This document shows, piece after piece, positions 58,553-64,000 of a DNA stretch of 64,000 bases. Origin of the DNA: Hydrurus foetidus. Its lineage: Eukaryota. The DNA lies in NCBI GenBank assembly GCA_900617105.1, contig UYFQ01000005.1, forward strand, positions 186,001 through 250,000. The letters are read 5' to 3'. The translations under genes and the position numbers were made by a program. The notes under the pieces were generated by a model that saw only the letters and a program-made list of their open reading frames with translations, did no database searches and was not told the DNA's origin. Each line of letters opens with the position of its first letter. Position 1 is the stretch's first letter.

Positions 58553-59608
58553 GTGACAAACCCTAACCTTCTCAAAAAATTATTCAACAGCCGTGCCACA
58601 GGTCGAAGCACCTTGGTGGACGTGGCGGCCATCGCAGGTGTCACCACCATGACGATCTCGCGCTACTTGCGCGAACCTGAGCGCGTATCGCCTCTTACCT
58701 CCGCCAAAATCAAGGAAGCGCTTGACTCCACCGGCTACACGCCGAACAAGCAGGCGGGAGGTCTGGCCAGCGGCAAATCCCCGGTGATTGCAGCGGTGAT
58801 CCCCAATGTGGGCAACACATTGTTTGCAGAAACAGTGCAAGCGCTGTGTGACGTGTTCCACGGCTCGGGCTACGAGCTGCTCTTGTCTGCCACCAATTAC
58901 GACTTGGAACGCGAAGAAGAGCAGGTGCGTGCCATGCTGGGCTGGCTGCCTGCCGCGCTCATCATCACCGGGCGACGCCACACCGATGCCACCTTGCAAA
59001 TGATGCGCAACGCCCGTGACCGAGGCATGCCTGTGGTCGAAATCTGGGACAAAACAACCCGTCCGTCTGAGTTCATCCAGGTGGGGTTCAACCACCAAGA
59101 GGCCGGTGTCCTCATGGCCAAACACCTGATAGCGCGCGGCTACACAGATTTGACCTATGTGGACAGCGGCGTGCCTGACGATTTCCGTGCCCATGAACGC
59201 GGCCTGAGCTTTGTACGCCATGCCAAAGCGGCAGGCTGCACCGCCACCACGGTAATCGCCCCACGCGGCGAACCTATGGCAGCCGGACGTGCCACCCTGC
59301 GCACCCTGTACATGACAGGTCTGCCTCGGGCCTTGGCTTTTGCCAACGACCACTTGGCGGTGGGGGCTTATCTCCATGCCCAATCGGTAGGCTTGGCGGT
59401 GCCCGACACCGTAGCCATGCTGGGTTTTGGCGATATTGCCCTCGCCACCGAACTGGGCTCAGGCATCAGCAGCGTTGCCACCCAGCGGCACCAGATCGGG
59501 TTCGCTACGGCAACGCGCATTTTGCAAGCGCTGAGTGGCACAACGGCCAACACAGCCAACCTGCCCCCCGAGTTACGCCCCGAGGTGATTCACCGCTCCA
59601 GCACCTGA
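58553..59608 (+). CDS. LacI-family regulator (GntR/IdnR subgroup)
   Basis: TLVDVAAIAGVTTMTISRYL, GYTPN; start approximate. Confidence 0.88.
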   Translation: MTNPNLLKKLFNSRATGRSTLVDVAAIAGVTTMTISRYLREPERVSPLTSAKIKEALDSTGYTPNKQAGGLASGKSPVIAAVIPNVGNTLFAETVQALCDVFHGSGYELLLSATNYDLEREEEQVRAMLGWLPAALIITGRRHTDATLQMMRNARDRGMPVVEIWDKTTRPSEFIQVGFNHQEAGVLMAKHLIARGYTDLTYVDSGVPDDFRAHERGLSFVRHAKAAGCTATTVIAPRGEPMAAGRATLRTLYMTGLPRALAFANDHLAVGAYLHAQSVGLAVPDTVAMLGFGDIALATELGSGISSVATQRHQIGFATATRILQALSGTTANTANLPPELRPEVIHRSST

Positions 59609-59732
59609 GCAGCCAGCACGCTAGCCGTCACGCCTGTTATGAATTTGCAACACTTCACCGAAATTTGAAGACTGAACCGGTGACTTCGGGTTAACCCGCC
59701 TACACGTCGCCGCATTTAGCGCGAGACTTCAC

Positions 59733-59764
59733 ACCGTTAAATGTTAGCGATAACATTTAACGGT
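59733..59764. promoter_or_regulatory. Second operator within a perfect 14-bp-arm palindrome upstream of the porin
   Basis: ACCGTTAAATGTTA-GCGA-TAACATTTAACGGT. Confidence 0.75.
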
Positions 59765-59838
59765 CACGCGGTACACAAAATTTCTCTGTCGAAATTTTGT
59801 GTACCGCCAAGTTTCAATTCACCTTTCGGAGATACAAC

Positions 59839-60966
59839 ATGTTTCAACGCAAATGGGTGTCAGCCGCTGTGCTGACACTGCTCAGCGGCGCAGCCGCAGC
59901 ACAGTCCAGCGTCACGATTTACGGGCGCGTGGACACCGGTATCGTTACCGGTAAATTTGACTCCACGGGCAACCGCACTTTGGTGCAAAGCGGGCCATAT
60001 ACCGCATCCCGCCTGGGCTTTCGGGGCACCGAAGACCTGGGTGGTGGGCTGCGTGCCACCTTTGGCTTGGAAGCGGGTCTGAACATCGACACCGGCACCG
60101 GTGGGGCCACCGGCGGCGGCATTAACTTCAACCGTGGCTCGCAGGTGGCACTGGCCAGCGACAGCTGGGGTGAATTCGCTTTGGGCAAGATGTACATGCC
60201 CACCTTTTGGGTGTACCTAGGGTCTGACCCTGGCATTGGCGGGTTGGGCTTGGGCTCAATGGGCGCGTCCATCATGCAGCAGCACACCGCACTGACGGGC
60301 AAAACCGGTTGGGGTGGTTTTTACGACAACACCGTGCGCTACCGCACCCCCAACATGTCAGGACTGAAAGGTGAAATTGCCTACAGCTTGGGTTCAGAAA
60401 ACGCGAGCAACAGCGCTGCCAAAAACGATGGCAAAACCGCTGGCTTAAACGTGCAGTACGAGCAAGGCGCGATGTACTTGGGCGGCGCTTACCAAAAATT
60501 CACCGCAGCCATCGCAGGTACCACCGCTGGCACCTTCATCGGGGATGCGAACCAAACCACCTGGATGCTGGCTGGCCGCTACAAAATGGCGCCTGCCACC
60601 GTGGGCGTGAACTATGGCCGCACCAAAAATTCTACCGCCTGCCAAGCCACAGGCAATGCCGTGGGCTGCGACATGAGCACGTTCGCCATCAATTCGCGCT
60701 TTGACCTGACGGGCCAAAGTTCGATGGACGTGAGTTGGGCACAGCTCAAAGCCGACTCGGGCAGCTTGAGTGGCGCCAAGGCCAACACCTTGGCCATCGG
60801 CTACACCTACTACCTCTCTAAGCGCACTTGGATTTACACCCAGGCCGTGAAGATGAACAACAACAACCTTTCCAAATGGGGTCTGAACGGCGGTTTGGGC
60901 GTTGCGAACGACACCAAAGGTCTCAGTCCACAAGCCTTCTCCATCGGCGTGTTGCACATGTTCTAA
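59839..60966 (+). CDS. Gram-negative (betaproteobacterial) porin
   Basis: AQSSVTIYG, SRLGFRGTEDLGGGL, YYLSKRT, C-terminal Phe. Confidence 0.92.
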   Translation: MFQRKWVSAAVLTLLSGAAAAQSSVTIYGRVDTGIVTGKFDSTGNRTLVQSGPYTASRLGFRGTEDLGGGLRATFGLEAGLNIDTGTGGATGGGINFNRGSQVALASDSWGEFALGKMYMPTFWVYLGSDPGIGGLGLGSMGASIMQQHTALTGKTGWGGFYDNTVRYRTPNMSGLKGEIAYSLGSENASNSAAKNDGKTAGLNVQYEQGAMYLGGAYQKFTAAIAGTTAGTFIGDANQTTWMLAGRYKMAPATVGVNYGRTKNSTACQATGNAVGCDMSTFAINSRFDLTGQSSMDVSWAQLKADSGSLSGAKANTLAIGYTYYLSKRTWIYTQAVKMNNNNLSKWGLNGGLGVANDTKGLSPQAFSIGVLHMF

Positions 60967-61133
60967 GCGCCAGCACCAAGTTGGCCCCAAGCACCGTACC
61001 ACCCCAGGGGGAGCGAGCCCCACCAAGGCTGGGTTGGTGCCGCACCCGCGCTTGGGGCCTGAAAAACCTCAAGCGCCGGTCACACATACCGCACTGGGCG
61101 CGGTGTCGCCCCATGCTGCGACAATTCAGCCCC

Positions 61134-61982
61134 ATGAGCCCCACCTATATCCTGACCCTATCCTGCCCCGACCGTGCGGGCATCGTCCATGCTGTTTCTG
61201 GCTTTTTGTTTGAACATGGCGGCAACATCGAAGAAGCGGCCCAGTACAACGACAGCGGCACCGGTTTGTTCTTCATGCGCGTGCAGTTCGCGTGCAGCCA
61301 GTTCACCCACAGCGAGTTGACGCAAAAAATCGGTGACTTCGCACAGGCTTTTGCAATGGACTGGAAGCTGCACGCCACCGCCCAGCCCATGCCCACCGTG
61401 CTGCTGGTCAGCAAAGAAGGCCATTGCCTCAACGACTTGCTGTTCCGCTGGAAAAGCGGCCTGTTGCCCGTGGACATCCGCGCCATCATCAGCAACCACC
61501 GCGATTTTTACCAGCTGGCGGCCAGCTACAACGTGCCCTTTCACCACATCCCCGTGACCGCCGCCACCAAGGCCCAGGTTGAGGCCAAGCAGCTGGAAAT
61601 TATCAACGGCGAAGGTGCAGAGCTGGTGGTGCTGGCACGCTACATGCAAATTTTGTCAAACGACCTGTGCCAGCAGCTCGCAGGCCGCGCCATCAACATC
61701 CACCACAGCTTTTTGCCCAGCTTCAAGGGTGCCAAACCCTACTACCAAGCGCATGAACGCGGCGTGAAATTGATAGGCGCGACCGCCCATTACGTGACCG
61801 CTGACCTGGACGAAGGCCCCATCATCGAGCAAGACGTGGCCCGAGCCGACCACAGCAAAACCGTGGAAGACTTGACCGCGATGGGCCGCGACACCGAAAG
61901 CCAAGTGCTAGCTCGCGCCGTGAAATGGCACAGCGAGCACCGCGTGCTGCTGAACGGGCACAAGACCGTGATCTTCAAGTAA
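61134..61982 (+). CDS. purU: Formyltetrahydrofolate deformylase
   Basis: ACT domain CPDRAGIV, LARYMQIL, INIHHSFLP, DLDEGPIIEQ. Confidence 0.95.
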   Translation: MSPTYILTLSCPDRAGIVHAVSGFLFEHGGNIEEAAQYNDSGTGLFFMRVQFACSQFTHSELTQKIGDFAQAFAMDWKLHATAQPMPTVLLVSKEGHCLNDLLFRWKSGLLPVDIRAIISNHRDFYQLAASYNVPFHHIPVTAATKAQVEAKQLEIINGEGAELVVLARYMQILSNDLCQQLAGRAINIHHSFLPSFKGAKPYYQAHERGVKLIGATAHYVTADLDEGPIIEQDVARADHSKTVEDLTAMGRDTESQVLARAVKWHSEHRVLLNGHKTVIFK

Positions 61983-61988
61983 GGGCTG

Positions 61989-62858
61989 ATGAACACCCGC
62001 ATCCCCCCCATCCAATGCCTGCTGACCTTCGAGGCTTTGGCCCGTCTGCGCTCGGGCACCCAAGCCGCCGAAGAACTCTGCGTGACCCCCAGTGCCGTCA
62101 GCCACCGGGTCAAGCAACTGGAGCAACTGCTGGGGACGCGGTTGTTTGGTCGGGCGGATTTTTCGCTCACCACAGAAGGCAGCGAATACCTCGCCCATGT
62201 GCGCGAAGGGCTGGCGATGCTGTCGCGCTTTCCCAGCAGCGAGGCCGTGCCAGGCAAACGCAAGCTGCGTCTCGCCGTCACGCCCACGTTCGCCCGCTCG
62301 CTCTTGATGCCGCGCTTGCGGCAGTTCATGGAAGCCTACCCCGAGATTGACCTGACGTTGCAAGTGTCCATCCCACTGTTGGACGTGGTGGCCGAAGATG
62401 CCGACTTGACCATCCGCTTTGGCACCGGGCGCTATGCCGATGTGGAAAGCATTTGCCTTGTCAAAGACGATGTGACCCCTCTGGCTTCCCCCGCCTACCT
62501 GCGTGTCCACGGCCCGTTTGACACGCCCGCCGATTTGCAGCGTGCCCAGCTCTTGCGCAGCCCGCTGGAACCCTGGCGCACCTGGTTTGCCGCACACGAG
62601 CTCGATTGGCCTGAACCGGTTGACGGCTCCAGCTTCAACGACATTGGCCTGATGTGCGACGCTGCCGAGCAGGGCTTGGGCGTCGGGCTGGTGCGCCTCA
62701 AACTTGGAAAACCGTGGCTGGACAACGCCTCGTTGGTGCGCATCTACCCGCGCAACGTGCCCTCGCCACACGCCCACTACCTGTGCTGGCACAGTGGCGC
62801 AATGGACCGCTGGGAATGTTCAGCGTTTGCAGAGTGGCTCAAAAAAAGTCTGGAGTGA
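61989..62858 (+). CDS. LysR-family regulator (GcvA-like)
   Basis: AAEELCVTPSAVSHRVKQLE. Confidence 0.9.
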   Translation: MNTRIPPIQCLLTFEALARLRSGTQAAEELCVTPSAVSHRVKQLEQLLGTRLFGRADFSLTTEGSEYLAHVREGLAMLSRFPSSEAVPGKRKLRLAVTPTFARSLLMPRLRQFMEAYPEIDLTLQVSIPLLDVVAEDADLTIRFGTGRYADVESICLVKDDVTPLASPAYLRVHGPFDTPADLQRAQLLRSPLEPWRTWFAAHELDWPEPVDGSSFNDIGLMCDAAEQGLGVGLVRLKLGKPWLDNASLVRIYPRNVPSPHAHYLCWHSGAMDRWECSAFAEWLKKSLE

Positions 62859-62987
62859 TCCCTGTAACAGGGTACTCACAGTACATTGGCAGGGCACGTG
62901 ATGCCCATTTCAAAGTACGCTTAAAAAATCATCAATGTGGCCGCCCCAGCTTGGCCCTAAAGTCAGCACGCTGAAAAGGAAACTTGC

Positions 62988-64000
62988 ATGAATGCCATCA
63001 CACCCCCTGCAATGCTACAAAAAAAAGAGCTAAAGATGCATGTGATACATGCGCTGCAAGCCGTTTTACCTGCCCACGCCCTGCTGTGGAGCCCCGAAGA
63101 CACCACACCCTACGAGTGCGACGGCCTCACCGCCTACCGCGAGCGCCCGCTGGCTGTTGCCCTGCCTGAGACCGAGGCCCAGGTGCAGGCCGTGCTGCAA
63201 ACCTGCCACCGCCTGAAAGTGCCCGTGGTCGCACGCGGTGCAGGCACGGGCCTTTCTGGCGGGGCCATGCCGCACGCCTTGGGGATCACGCTCAGCATGG
63301 CCAAGTTCAACCAGATCATCGCGCTGGACAAGCTCAGCCGCACCGCCGTTGTGCAGTGCGGGGTACGCAACCTCGCCATCAGCGAAGCGGCTGCCCCGTT
63401 GGGCCTGTACTACGCGCCCGACCCGTCCAGCCAAATCGCCTGCACCATAGGTGGCAACGTGGCCGAAAACTCTGGCGGCGTGCATTGCCTGAAATACGGC
63501 CTCACATTGCACAACGTGTTCAAAGTCAAAGGCTTCACCATCGAAGGCGAGGCCGTCGAGTTCGGCTCCGACGCGCTGGACAACCCCGGTTTTGACCTGC
63601 TGCCCCTCATCATCGGCAGCGAAGGCATGCTGGCCGTGACCACAGAAGTCACCGTCAAACTCATCCCCAAGCCGCAATTGGCACGGTGCATCATGGCCAG
63701 CTTTGACGACATGCGCAAAGCGGGCGATGCCGTCGCCACCCTGATCGCCGAGGGCATCATCCCGGCTGGCCTGGAGATGATGGACAAGCCCATGACCGCC
63801 GCCGTCGAAGACTTTGTACACGCCGGGTACGACCTCAGCGCCGCCGCGATTTTGCTGTGCGAAAGCGACGGCACGCCCGAAGAAGTGGAAGAAGAAATCG
63901 GCCGCATGAGCACCGTATTGCGCCACTGCGGTGCCACGGCCCTGACCGTCAGCCAAAGTGAAGCCGAGCGTCTGCGCTTTTGGAGTGGCCGCAAAAACGC
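62988..64000 (+). CDS. glcD: Glycolate oxidase subunit GlcD-like FAD-linked oxidase; runs off the window end
   Basis: Manual translation: YECDGLTAY, ARGAGTGLSGGA, YAPDPSSQIACTIGGNVAENSGG, GSEGML. Confidence 0.85.
   Translation, partial: MNAITPPAMLQKKELKMHVIHALQAVLPAHALLWSPEDTTPYECDGLTAYRERPLAVALPETEAQVQAVLQTCHRLKVPVVARGAGTGLSGGAMPHALGITLSMAKFNQIIALDKLSRTAVVQCGVRNLAISEAAAPLGLYYAPDPSSQIACTIGGNVAENSGGVHCLKYGLTLHNVFKVKGFTIEGEAVEFGSDALDNPGFDLLPLIIGSEGMLAVTTEVTVKLIPKPQLARCIMASFDDMRKAGDAVATLIAEGIIPAGLEMMDKPMTAAVEDFVHAGYDLSAAAILLCESDGTPEEVEEEIGRMSTVLRHCGATALTVSQSEAERLRFWSGRKN

Noticed and set aside
60983..61100. ZTP riboswitch upstream of purU (contains GGGGAGCGA)
   Set aside because: The conserved 5' GACUGGCG element and a proper CGCCUGGGC 3' hairpin are not present

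Overview
GC-rich chromosomal segment; gene content suggests Comamonadaceae (Rhodoferax-like, inferred). In order it holds: (1) a globin-coupled stressosome operon (rsbR, rsbS, an rsbT-rsbX fusion, hybrid histidine kinase); (2) folE-BLUF-DUF429, clsB/EEP/nudB and a Phd-CcdA/CcdB toxin-antitoxin pair; (3) FIST, phaM and a copper-uptake operon led by a CruR-like DUF2946 leader; (4) vapBC plus a decayed chromosomal integron (truncated intI, attI, attC sites, AT-rich nuclease cassettes) hit by an IS110 whose ends, circle-junction promoter and four bridge-RNA guide segments can be read from the sequence; (5) core metabolic genes; (6) a DHPS/sulfolactate catabolic cluster (hpsNOP, slcC, comC, suyAB, ABC importer, exporter) with a divergent SerC-like aminotransferase; (7) a Cache-MCP insert between 90-bp direct repeats; (8) a probable sulfoquinovose Entner-Doudoroff cluster with a GH188-type sulfoquinovosidase; (9) porin, purU, LysR and the start of a glcD-like gene. 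The top candidates for something new are single-organism sulfoquinovose mineralisation from the two neighbouring clusters, the SerC paralog with an altered phosphate pocket, the REP-targeting IS110 bridge RNA, and a dispersed GCTAY-N7-RTAGC palindrome found in coding sequence, signal peptides and ribosome-binding sites. All family assignments come from motif recognition, not database searches.
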